Assembly (NCBI GenBank): GCA_950097015.1
Contig: CATNEN010000029.1
Location: forward strand, 5,952,001 to 6,016,000
Source of the DNA: Macrostomum hystrix
Taxonomy: Eukaryota > Animalia > Platyhelminthes
Reading direction: 5' to 3'
DNA: 64,000 bases
A program made the position numbers and the translations under genes. The notes under the pieces are model-generated. The model had not been told where the DNA came from. It did not search any database and worked only from the letters and a program-made list of their open reading frames with translations. Below are positions 44,868 to 55,574 of the stretch, one piece after another; within the stretch, counting starts at the first letter, position 1; each line of letters starts with the position of its first letter.

Positions 44868-45782
44868 TCACGCTTCTCTGTTGAGGCTTTTGCCCACATT
44901 CTTAACTTTCCCAAACCTCAGCCTCACAACCTCCACTCCGTCGCGCCTCGTCTCGAAGATAAAGCTATTCTCCCTGAGTCCTCGAAGCCACTCGCGACCC
45001 CGATTTCCAAAGTAATAGGTGCAGCTGTAATAACTCATGCAACAACACCGTAGAATTTTCTCGGTTGAAATAAGCGACCATTTGCGCAAATCGTCCTTTT
45101 CGATGGCTTCAAAATGTTTAGATCTACCACCTGCATTGATGAAACTACGGGCCAGTGCTTTCAATGTCGAATTGGGGCTAGAGAACTCTCTGTCGGAAAT
45201 GATATTCATTTGCCTGGTCTTCATTAAGTGGCGGTACAGTGCCGCTCGCATACAAATCAGAGTAGCCGGCGCCAAAAAAGTTGCCGTCACGCGTCCTGTA
45301 GGTTCCATAGAACAACCGTATTGTAGATGCAATGGCCTCAGCGGAACCGGTTTGCAGATCACACGAGCCTGAGAAGTGAAGAAAGTTCCGAAAGCAATAC
45401 GAAAATGCCGAAAAGACCTAGGATATCTGAATTCAAAGCAACCAACCTTGGAATGATCATCCATGAACATGTTCAGTTTCTTCACATAAAACTCGGTTTG
45501 TTTTAGGCTACTGGCGTTCTCTACTGAAAGTTCCATCTCGGAAATCAATGTTTCTAGCCTGCTTAAATGAGGCTCAGTGCTCATCCTCTCCTCCAGCATG
45601 GCGTCGTCGATACCCCCGGGCAAAGCGTTGGCTTGAATCGGCCCATTATCTAGCTCCTGCGCACGATCGCAAGCAGGTTGTTCGAATGTTTCGTCCAATT
45701 CGGCAAAGGACAGACCGCTAACCATCTTGTTCGGAAATCTTTTGTAATCTATCATGCGAATGATTTTAGACTGAGGTTGCAT
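44868..45782 (-). mobile_element. Crypton-type tyrosine recombinase N-terminal and central part (copy Z)
   Basis: LKQTEFYVKKL, ATLICMRAALYRHL...NIISDREFSSPNSTLKA...GGRSKHFEAIEKDDLRK and YFGNRGREWLRGLRENSF (box-I Arg); KCTD1/ZMYM DUF3504-like pattern. Confidence 0.8.
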
Positions 45783-46559
45783 TATTTTGCTCCTGACTTT
45801 GACCTGACTTGGCTTTCTGTTCCCTATCCACTTAATATATAAAACGAAAAGGCGTGCATTAAATGCATACTGTATGGTCGAGACTTACGAATTAAAAATC
45901 GTTTTACAAAACACTCGGGGCACCAATTTCGTCCTTTTGATTTGCGCTGCTTAACATTTCGCTGCCATGAGCGTTCAGGAGCTTCTATCTGATGACGAAT
46001 CAAGCCGCCAAAGATACGAAATTGCTCCAGATGAACAGGGAGATGGACTGCGCCAAGGACCGTACGTTAGAATAAGCGATGAGCGGTACAACCTCGTTGT
46101 GGATGTGCCTCGTTGTTATTTTATTTTTCGCTTTTTAATTCTTAGGTCAAGAACTTTGCCTGAATTGATGCTTTTCGACTGCGCAGCTTTTTAGATGCTT
46201 ATTAACCGTTTTTATCAATACATATCGGAATTTTTTACGAGTTATTTAATAAATATCGGCGAATCGACAGCAATTGTATGGGAGGGTCCAGGCGTGTCCC
46301 CGGGGTCCCGGGTAATGCGGGGTCCCGGGGGGAGTCTTACGGGTGGCGTGTGGGGCGACGCCCCCAGAAGACGACAACCCAAAAGTGTATTCCGTTCGGA
46401 AACAATTGAAGCAGCATATGCCTAGACGTAAAAAGACAGGCAAAATACTCGTATTTCGCCCGATGAGCAAACCCAGAGTCACAGAGTCACGTCACGAGAG
46501 CTCTGCAGCTATTACACGTTATTATTTTTGTTGCACAGGGTAGTACCCTGTAGTACAGG

Positions 46560-47091
46560 GTAAACACGTTCAGGTTAAGGTCGCTGCCCTCCACGCACTC
46601 GCAGCTGACACCATCAAAGACCCCTATGGCGCCAGGTTTGTAGAACACACCATTGCGCTCGCAGCCGTTCAGAAGGCAGTCCCACCGTTTTCCTTTGAGC
46701 ATGCGGCCAGTGTATTTGTAGCTGCATGTGCACCGATTGTTGCCCTCGATTTTTCGTTCACCGATCCAGAAGCAGCTCTCTGAGAAAAGGCAGCGGCGAA
46801 GAGGCTGCAATTAGCTCGTAGAGGGAAGCGGTGTCTGGACTTGACTGATGTAAGTCTGGTGTCTGGGGCTTGATTGATGTATTCTGGTGTTTGGGGCTTG
46901 ACGGATGTTGCAGAGTCTGTCTACAGATGGATCTGGTATTACCGAATTACCTGTTATAAAATATGTTCCCGCCAGCTCTAAGATCTGAGTACCCGGTGCT
47001 AAAGTATGTTTTGAATCACCAGTGTGCGTGGCAAGCTTCAGCAGAGCTGACTGACTCACGAAGCACCCAGGATGGCGACAGTCGAGTTCAT
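46560..47091 (-). pseudogene. Small secreted Cys-rich (VWC-like) protein gene, apparently frameshifted
   Basis: Exon 47091-47060 (MNSTVAILGA+TC|GTGAGT) splices to 46804 giving SLFAAAFSQ. The Cys-rich frame SCFWIGERKIEGNNRCTCSY...CLLNGCERNGVFYKPG...SCECVEG needs a 2-nt shift at cagagagc. The 3' end is not defined. Confidence 0.55.
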
Positions 47092-47699
47092 CTTGCAGTC
47101 GCTGGGGAAAGTGTCGGATGTCGATCAAAGCCCGTGAGAGATGTGCTGCGACTGTCATAAGACTTTGTAATGCGTTCTCGCTCTTTAGTGAGGCCTCTAT
47201 ATGCTGGCTATGACACGTTGCTGTGATGCTTCCGTCTGCCTGCACGTTAATAAATATTAGTATTAATAATGCCTGCACGTTAATTTGATTATTTTTTCCT
47301 GAAAGGATTGTTCAGTTGCGCTGAGTTGCGCAATCGCTCATAGTTTAGACACAGAATTAAGTTACAGGCATATCTTCTGTGCTGAAACTGGCAGAAAGGG
47401 TTCCACGTAACCACGTAAAATTTGGCACTTTAACTTGTACTGTGAGGTACTAAGGTAAATGTTTAGTGTTTTCTCAAACTTTAAGAATTGAGTCGCGTGT
47501 TATGCTGAGCAGTTTTCTTTGCGGATGCCTCAGAATTCTCAATTAGCTTTTAGGTGTGAGTGCAAGATGAAAACTGCTTCATGGGCGAAGGGGACGCTAT
47601 CAACAAAAGTGAGGTGAGAAAAGTACGTGGGACCTGGTCATAAACTTCAATAGCAGCTAACATCCGAACCCGAACCGCCACATCCGAATTATAAATATG

Positions 47700-47790
47700 T
47701 TAGGGTGTGGCGGTCTCCACAGTCGACGGACTCAGCAGCTGTACACAACCTTTGGCTGCGTCCGCGGATGCCCATCTGGCCCAACTGGGT
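47700..47790 (+). mobile_element. Degenerate 3' remnant of SINE family 2
   Basis: gggtgtggcggtctccacagtcgacggactcagcagctgtacacaacctt resembles the 3' half of the element at 63131-63438. Confidence 0.5.
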
Positions 47791-48152
47791 AAAGTGCCAG
47801 TTCTATACGCCTATTAGGCTAACCTAAATTATAATGCCGATTTTCAGCCTGAAAGCAGTCGACGGGTAAGTTTAGTGCATACTGACCGATAAATTTGCTA
47901 TAGTAATTAGCATTTGACCGCACAGGTTGTGAGATTGCGCAATAATGCATAGTCAGACAGGTATCCAGGCCAGCGAAGATTGCAATTAATGCATCACCGG
48001 ACAAACGAATGTTTTCCGCCAACGTGCCTGCATTTGTATAGCTCGTATATCGACTCGCATTGAACGCAGAGAATTTATAATGAAAACTTGCGTCAAATCT
48101 TCAACCTAATCAGATTTTTTAAGGATTTTGTTCGACATTCAATCCCGGAAGG

Positions 48153-49315
48153 ATGAACTCGACTGTGCTCCTGACTGCGGTCATCCTGGCTGCTTGGTGA
48201 GTCCAAATGATAAGCATGTATTGTAGCTCATCTTACCGTGGTATACCTAAAGCCGCGAATAGCCAGCTAACTCAATGCCCAGTAGGTAAAGTGTTGTTCC
48301 TGCAGCCACTGCAACATCTGTCATGTTCTGACACCACTTCCCCTCTCACTGCAGCCTCTGCAACATCTGTCATGTTCTGACACCACTTCCCCTCTCACTG
48401 CAGCCTCTGCAGCATCTGTCATGTTCTGACACCACTTCCCCTCTCACTACAGCCTCTGCAGCATCTGTCATGTTCTGACACCACTTCCCCTCTCACTGCA
48501 GCCTCTGCAGCATCTGTCATGTTCTGACACCACTTCCCCTCTCACTACAGCCTCTGCAGCATCTGTCATGTTCTGACACCACTTCCCCTCTCACTGCAGC
48601 CTCTGCAGCATCTGTCATGTTCTGACACCACTTCCCCTCTCACTGCAGCCTCTGCAACCTCCGTCATGTTCTGACACCACTTCCACTCTCACTGCAGCCT
48701 CTGCAACCTCCGTCAAGCCCCAGACACCACTTCCCTTCTCACTGCAGCCTCTGCAACATCCGTCAAGTCCCAGACACCGCTTCCCCTCTCACTGCAGCCT
48801 CTGCAACCTCCGTCAAGTCCCAGACACCGCTTCCCCTCTCACTGCAGCCTCTGCAACCTCCGTAAAGTCCCAGACACCGCTTCCCCTCTCACTGCAGCCT
48901 CTGCAACATCCGTCAAGTCCCAGACACCACTTCCCCTCTCACTGCTGCCTCTGCAACCTCCGTCAAGCCCCAGACACCACTTCCCCTCTCACTGCAGCCT
49001 CTGCAACATCCGTCAAGTCCCAGACACCACTTCCCCTCTCACTGCAGCCTCTGCAACATCCGTCAAGTCCCAGACACCACTTCCCCTCTCACTGCTGCCT
49101 CTGCAACCTCCGTCAAGCCCCAGACACCACTTCCCCTCTCACTGCAGCCTCTGCAACATCCGTCAAGTCCCAGACACCGCTTCCCCTCTCACTGCAGCCT
49201 CGTCCTCGCCGGCAACGGTTTCAGCAAGCATGGTCTTCAGTGCTCGGCTGGACTAGTCTGTGGTGATAGTACCAGTAAAAACAACGCCAAAAGTCGTCGT
49301 TGGGTATCCCCATGA
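48153..49315 (+). CDS. Small secreted-protein paralogue (signal peptide); exon 2 probably truncated by a transposon fragment
   Basis: Exon 48153-48196 (MNSTVLLTAVILAA+TG|GTGAGT) plus the exon from 49198 gives MNSTVLLTAVILAACLVLAGNGFSKHGLQCSAGLVCGDSTSKNNAKSRRWVSP*. Same start, intron phase and intron 3' sequence as the minus-strand gene at 47091. Confidence 0.55.
48299..49200. repeat. 50-bp minisatellite, about 18 copies, each containing the intron acceptor
   Basis: Unit actgcagcctctgcaacatccgtcaagtcccagacaccgcttcccctctc. Confidence 0.95.
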
Positions 49316-49500
49316 AAATCGAATCTAGAATTTCCTCATCTGCTTGGTTCATCACACTCTCCGGAAAGCTGTCAGACTCATTTATAAAGTCTTCAATCTC
49401 AACGTTACTTGTAGATAGTCCGGATTTAATCTCGTTTGGAAGCATTGAAATTTCCTGAAGCCTGACTTCCGATAATGACTTCAAATTGATGCCATCTCTA
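49232..49500 (-). pseudogene. Possible pogo/Tigger transposase C-terminal fragment
   Basis: Acidic segment NVEIEDFINESD...ADEEILDSI resembles Tigger C-termini; no catalytic motifs seen. Confidence 0.3.
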
Positions 49501-51454
49501 AGCTAACAACGAAAGGTGAATCTTGTCATCCCTAGTTACCTTCCACAGCGTTCCACGAGTCTCGCATGCTCGTATATTACTGCACATACTAGAAAACACT
49601 AGAATACAAGAATCGTCTATTTCAGTATCTGTGGTATATCACTAAAAGTAACATTAGCGTACATCTAACGCATAATTGATCCAGTAATTCTAGTTTAATA
49701 GAATGTAACTTATGCATACTCGTACGAGTGCATATACTGACTTTGATTGTTTTAATGGTCTGTGGCACTCAAAAATCTGTATTTGAATCTTGAATTCGTA
49801 AAAGCAATTCGTTCGAATGGTTGTTTGGTGTAGTTAATATTAAAAGCCCTGTTACATGGCACAAAATATCTAGCGTTCTAGAGGAAAGTTTCTAGCGCTG
49901 GGGAAACCTTTGCATGGCTGAGGAAAATTTTCACAAAAATTACTTCCATAACTCAGCCTCCCAATAGAGGACCAGCGGCAACTTAAGCTCCCTAGCGACC
50001 TCGAGCCATAATAAATATTTGATTGGCCCCTATACTCTCGCCGCCAAAGTCGCAGCAGAAACTGAACAGAAAGCCTCACCAATTCACCCCATTACCATAT
50101 AAACATCAGCATAAGCAGCCAGATGGGCAAATGAGGTCCACATGGTCTGTTTAGGCCGCACCGCAGACACCAGTTTCCTCATCTCCACCTTATCAATATG
50201 AGCAATGATATTCTGCATGCATGGTATATTGCTTAGTACACGCGTGTTAAAATACAAGCCTCTGTATTTATACCATGCTACAATGTAACGCGCAAATCCC
50301 GAGCATGTCAATTTACTGGTGTCCTTACTCGTACGGCTATGCACAATATATAAGTAGAAAAAATTGTTGATATAATTAGCAAAAACTATGTAGACAAAAT
50401 AGTATACTTGCTACCGGAGTACAGCTGGTTCATTTGAACTGCGCTGAACTTTACCTAAAGTAAATGGCATAAAGGATATTGAATAAAGCCGATTTAAACG
50501 CCATCCGTAAAGAATTATCCTAATCGAATTGCGAGCTGCAAACTAAATTGAAAACTCCCACTAATTTTTGAGCACTTCTCAAACATCTCGACTCTGAGAT
50601 TTGTTCAGCCCAAAATCAAAGTCACACACGCACACTTCTTCTTGCTCCTTGATGTCAACAAGCAATTTGAGGAGATTAAAATTCGGAAAATATTTCCCCT
50701 TTGGGAATTCTTAGAAGCGCTGGGGCATCGCTTTTACTCACATTTCCTTCTTGTCCCTTTAGAAGAGAAAGTGAAAAGAGAAGTACGCCATGAAATCGGG
50801 GAGGAATATGGATCGGCTCCTAAACAATATCCCTAGTTTTATCCCCATTTTGGGAAGATATCCCTATAATTTTAAAGCTAGAAGTCACGCAATGTCTATT
50901 GATGTTTCATTTTCATGCATTTATAAAATAGCAGTAAAATGTAAACAAGCATTAGATGATAAGTCCGTTGAGAGCTATTTGATAAAGCTTAAGCTAAACT
51001 AGAGATGGTTGGCACACCTTTCTGTGCTATAGTATTCACTCTAATGTGAGGACTGGTTACACTATATTCGCATGAGATTCGCTTTTTCTGTCAAATACTA
51101 CTAAAAAAACTCTGTTGATTTTGACGATTTCGACTTTAACTTCGTTAATGTCTGACATTCACTGTCTGGCATGCGACACAGGCTCGGGCCCATTGAACAC
51201 CTTGGTTCATTGAACACCTCACATTTGCAGCACACTAAACTCCGCGAGCTGCGGACTGATGGATGCGCGAGGCCGTGGGTGGTGTCATTAAGTGGAAGCC
51301 GCATAGACATGTTGCAAAGCAGAAACAGTTTGGGGCTGACTCCACGCGCTCCACGCGAATATTTTCTTTTTTAAAGAATGACACTAATAAACAATTTATT
51401 ATACGGTTAGGAGTTATTAGATCAGCAGATACTGTGGAGGCTCTCGTGTTTGAT

Positions 51455-52232
51455 CCAAGGACCACTAGCATTATATCTAGATATATATATACTCGTACTC
51501 AGCAACAGCTAACCCTCCCCCAACTCACGCTGTCACACGGCCCAAAAGTTTTGTATGTCATCGGTGACTCAGAAATGTGTGAAGGCTGCCGCCGCCAGAC
51601 GCGAGCGCAAAGTGCGGCATGGGGGATTTGGGGAGGGGGTGGCGCAACTCAGACCTATGCAGAGCTGCTACAGCAGCAGTTTCTGCCATTTGCTACGACA
51701 ACCTTTGGCGGCCCATAGAACTGCATGCTTCAAGACGACAACGCTGCGCCACATCGAGCAGCACACGTGCAGCTGCTGAAGGAGCAGCTCGGCATTCGCA
51801 CATTGAACTGGCCGTCAAAGTCTCCAGACATGAACCCCATCGAGCATGTCTGGGACTTTGTAAAGCGAAGAGTTCAGCAGGATGCCCCACAGAATGCTGA
51901 ACAGTTGCGACTGGCGGTGCTGAATGCCTGGCAGCAGCTGCTCCAAGAGTTCATCAACCGGCTGGTGATCAGGATGCCACGACGAGTCACGGCACTTTTG
52001 CATGCTCGTGGTTCCTACACACGATACTGAGACTAGAATTAAAGACATTGCTTAATTTTTGTGCCCATGTGACAGCGTGAGTTGGGGGGGGGGTTTAGCT
52101 GTTGCTGAGTATATGTACCCCGACTCAAATACAATCAGAGTTTGCAAGTCACCCGAGCATTATTAGACAACAAAAGCCACGGCCACGGTACACTTTATAA
52201 ATATATCTAGATATAATGCTAGTGGTCCTTGG
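51455..52232. mobile_element. Non-autonomous TIR element (about 164 bp without its insert) with perfect 32-bp TIRs and a 6-bp TSD
   Basis: ccaaggaccactagcattatatctagatatat at 51455-51486 with its reverse complement at 52201-52232; TTTGAT on both flanks (51449-54, 52233-38). Confidence 0.8.
51498..52109 (+). mobile_element. Internally deleted Tc1 element (DD34E C-terminus retained) nested in the TIR element
   Basis: TA-CTCAGCAACAGCTAA...TTAGCTGTTGCTGAG-TA. ORF 51725-52030 reads QDDNAAPH...WPSKSPDMNPIEHVW with 34 residues from D to E. Confidence 0.88.
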
Positions 52233-52973
52233 TTTGATCTCTACGTCTGGTCTCATCTTAGTATGTGAACGTAATTTATTCATGGTCTAAGTTTCAGAGG
52301 TTTGTGCTGTAAGGCAACGAATTCATTCAAAATACCCGGTAATTTGATTCTAGTGACCTTTCAGTCATGTTTAATTCGGCCCTCAATAATAAAATGATAT
52401 TTATCCAGCAGCAAAAAACGAGTACAATTTATATGCACAAAAATATCAGTTTGTTGAAGGTTAGTTGTCGGACTGAGATCACTCAGTCTATTCGCAGCGT
52501 TCAATAATCTGTAGTGGCATTGCGATCCTCTGTGGATAGTGTAGTTTTTTAGTTCAAATTATCAGTATTATAAAACTTTGATAATCGACGCATTTAGCGT
52601 CGTTGAAAAAAATACACAGTCCGATATTAGCTTCGTCTCTCGAGTCTTCTCAGATCCGTCTGCATAGCAACCGATGCCATCTAGTCATTGCCGTGACATT
52701 GCAGTCTGCTGCATTAGTATGGGCTAACCAACTACGTCCTGACCTGTATCTCTTATTTGCTGAATAATAGCTACAGTATTATGTTCCCGAATAAAAAAAA
52801 TAACACCGGTTAACGTGAAACACAAAAAGGTAAGGAAATTATAGCAAAGCCAACGAATAAATGATTTGCTTACGTATCGATTTAGCTAGCGAGTCTAAAT
52901 ATAATGGGCGTTAAAAGCGCGTCTAATTTCACTCCGGTTAGCCTGCCACCTTTCATCTGGCTAGTCAAAGGTA

Positions 52974-52975
<2 letters not shown>

Positions 52976-53023
<48 letters not shown>

Positions 53024-53060
53024 GCAGCGGCGGTGGCGGCGGCAGCGGCGGCAGCGGCAG
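52976..53060. repeat. (GCA)n/(GCG)n trinucleotide repeat
   Basis: cagcagcagca...gcggcggtggcggcggcagcggcggcagcggc. Confidence 0.9.
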
Positions 53061-54578
53061 TGAAACGGAACAACATTCAAACGCGACTTATGTAGACTCG
53101 ACTAGAAACTTTCGCTCGTGCTAATGTCCGAGCCAAACTTGAGTGCTAGCTCGGTCGGCGCGAAAAGCGGAGAAAGAGGAGGTTTGAGTCGGAGGCGGAC
53201 TAAGGTAAGAGAGAGACCGAACGTGATTCCTCCGATGCCGAATTAATTTTCGTCCCTTTTCCTCGCCAATCTACTCCGGTCCTGCTCGCTCGCCTTGAGG
53301 CTAGGGCAGCCTGTGGTAGCCAGCAACTTTCGCTCGCCCCTCTCTCTTTCCGTATCCTCACATTTTCCTTTAGGGGGATCTTTTGCGGAAGAACCGATGC
53401 CGCTCGAACCACTGGGCCATTGAAGCTGGGAAAATGGACAGGGAGCGTGTGTGGTGTCGCGTGCAAAGAGTGGGAGAGAGTGTACCGTCGGCATCTCTCT
53501 TCCCTCACTCGCTAATCAGGTCAATCGTCCCTGGAGGATGTCCATGCCGCAGAGGAATCCCCTTGGGCTTATCCGGCGATATCCCAGTATCTCAGCTATC
53601 CCAGATGCGAACCGTCCCTGAGGCATATTAGTGAGTGGAAATCTGGACTCACGCATTTCACTTTAGAATGACGCGCTGAAACGAGCTGGTTACCAATAAC
53701 TTGATAATTGTTATACTTTTGTCTAGATCTCATCTAGGTCAAGAAGCGCTGAGATTCCTTATGGGGTGTGGGGCTGAGCTCCAACATACGAGCGTATTAA
53801 TAACCAAAGCCATCAATTTGTGCATTGATACGAGTAAAACTCCTCGCTAGGCCTCATCTTGACCGCTGTGTTTTAAAGTGCAAACGATACGAAACGACTA
53901 CTAATCAACAAGACATAAGATCATCACAAGTGACTGCTGACAAGTAAAAGCTTTTCCTTACCTTATCAGCAATCACTGCAAGAATGAAATGCTTGGCTAG
54001 CTGCCAAGAGCATGTTGAAATTTCTCTTATTCGACCATGGGTCTTCATCTGTCTTCATCTGTATGGATTTAAGATTGCCCTGCGGGTACCAAAATGGGAT
54101 CAGAGAGTAAAGCAAGACTTCCCGAGGATGAACGAAAACTGCAGCGCAGGAAAAAATGAAGGGCCCTCTTTTGCCTCATCGCAGCTGACCCAAGGCGGGT
54201 CGCGTAACCAGGAAGTAGATGGGCTATTTTAGACAGTTCGGAACTCCTGTTTCTTCATCTTCCCCACTATTCCTATCCCCTTTATTCCGATCCGTAGTAG
54301 GACCAACGCAGCTGCAACCTGCGGCGACATCAGCATTCCTTTCCAGATGACTGCCACCGACTAGTATACAATTAGCGACCACAAAAATTATCCCCAAGTT
54401 TTTTACCAACCTCTGGACAACGGCTGGTCTACTAAGCCGGTAGACCTTGCATCACCAGGGATGGGGACATTAGGGAATGAGGGATCGTGAAATTATCATA
54501 TGCCGTGCCTCTAGCACTGATTTCGATCTTTTCTGCCTAGATTTACTCTCTTGCTTTATAATGCAGCTATGAAATACC

Positions 54579-54978
54579 AGATCCTTGATCCCAGATCCTT
54601 GATCCCAGATCCTTGATCCCAGATCCTTGATCCCAGATCCTTGATCCCAGATCCTTGATCCCAGATCCTTGATCCCAGATCCTTGATCCCAGATCCTTGA
54701 TCCCAGATCCTTGATCCCAGATCCTTGATCCCAGATCCTTGATCCCAGATCCTTGATCCCAGATCCTTGATCCCAGATCCTTGATCCCAGATCCTTGATC
54801 CCAGATCCTTGATCCCAGATCCTTGATCCCAGATCCTTGATCCCAGATCCTTGATCCCAGATCCTTGATCCCAGATCCTTGATCCCAGATCCTTGATCCC
54901 AGATCCTTGATCCCAGATCCTTGATCCCAGATCCTTGATCCCAGATCCTTGATCCCAGATCCTTGATCCCAGATCCTT
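54579..54978. repeat. 14-bp perfect minisatellite, about 28 copies
   Basis: Unit ccagatccttgatc. Confidence 0.97.
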
Positions 54979-55574
54979 AATCCAACAGGAACCCAGATCA
55001 AGATTATCCGATCGCATCAGAGCTTTTAATCAGCACTGCTTGCTTAGCATTCTATCGATTAGAGAGTAGGGGGCCTGGGAGCACACTTTCGCCTACTGTT
55101 AATGAAGCTGTGGACTTCTTTGCAACCGCTACTTCCTTTGGCGCCTGTTTCCTGCCTCGCTCGCTCAATCTTTCTCCTTCTCCTGATGACGTCTTTGTGG
55201 ACCTGTGTCGATGTCTCGACCCAGTCTAAAAAGAAAAACAAGCGAGCGGGTGAGAAGACAGACACCGAGACCAAGTTGTGTTCCGCATTCTGATTGGATC
55301 TGTAACGCTTAATGCAATTTAACATCGGCCTTTGGCTACAATTCGTTATGCAAGGAGGGCTTACACGCGAGTGCCCCTGTTCATATATATACTTAATTTC
55401 GTTTTTCGCTCAATTTAAATGCGGAAAATGAATTTGGGGAGACCTTTACTGCCTGTCTAATAGTTCTATCTATAGAATTTGTTCACAGCAAAACTAGTAG
55501 TGATGAGGGGGACGATAAATGTGGAAGAGTAGCTTAATGCAGGTAATTTTTATAGATGGGAGGGGAGCAGAAAG

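Noticed and set aside
41468-45782. An intact DIRS/Ngaro-type YR retrotransposon
   Set aside because: No RT or RNase H, the gag and protease are Pao-type, and the recombinase is Crypton-type and split by the Pao fragment.
52882-53095. Poly-Ala ORFs on both strands
   Set aside because: Products of a GCA/GCG trinucleotide repeat with no splice or domain context.
54224-54409. IL-17-like C-terminus (VAAGCSCVGP)
   Set aside because: A single short motif with no upstream cystine-knot cysteines and no convincing exon boundaries.
54556-55017. ORFs (DLGSRIWDQGSGIK)n
   Set aside because: Translation of a perfect 14-bp repeat; no flanking coding evidence.
55059-55325. Possible Myb/SANT (Harbinger accessory) fragment DWVETS...RRRRKIERARQETG
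   Set aside because: Too short and degenerate, with no TIRs or transposase nearby.
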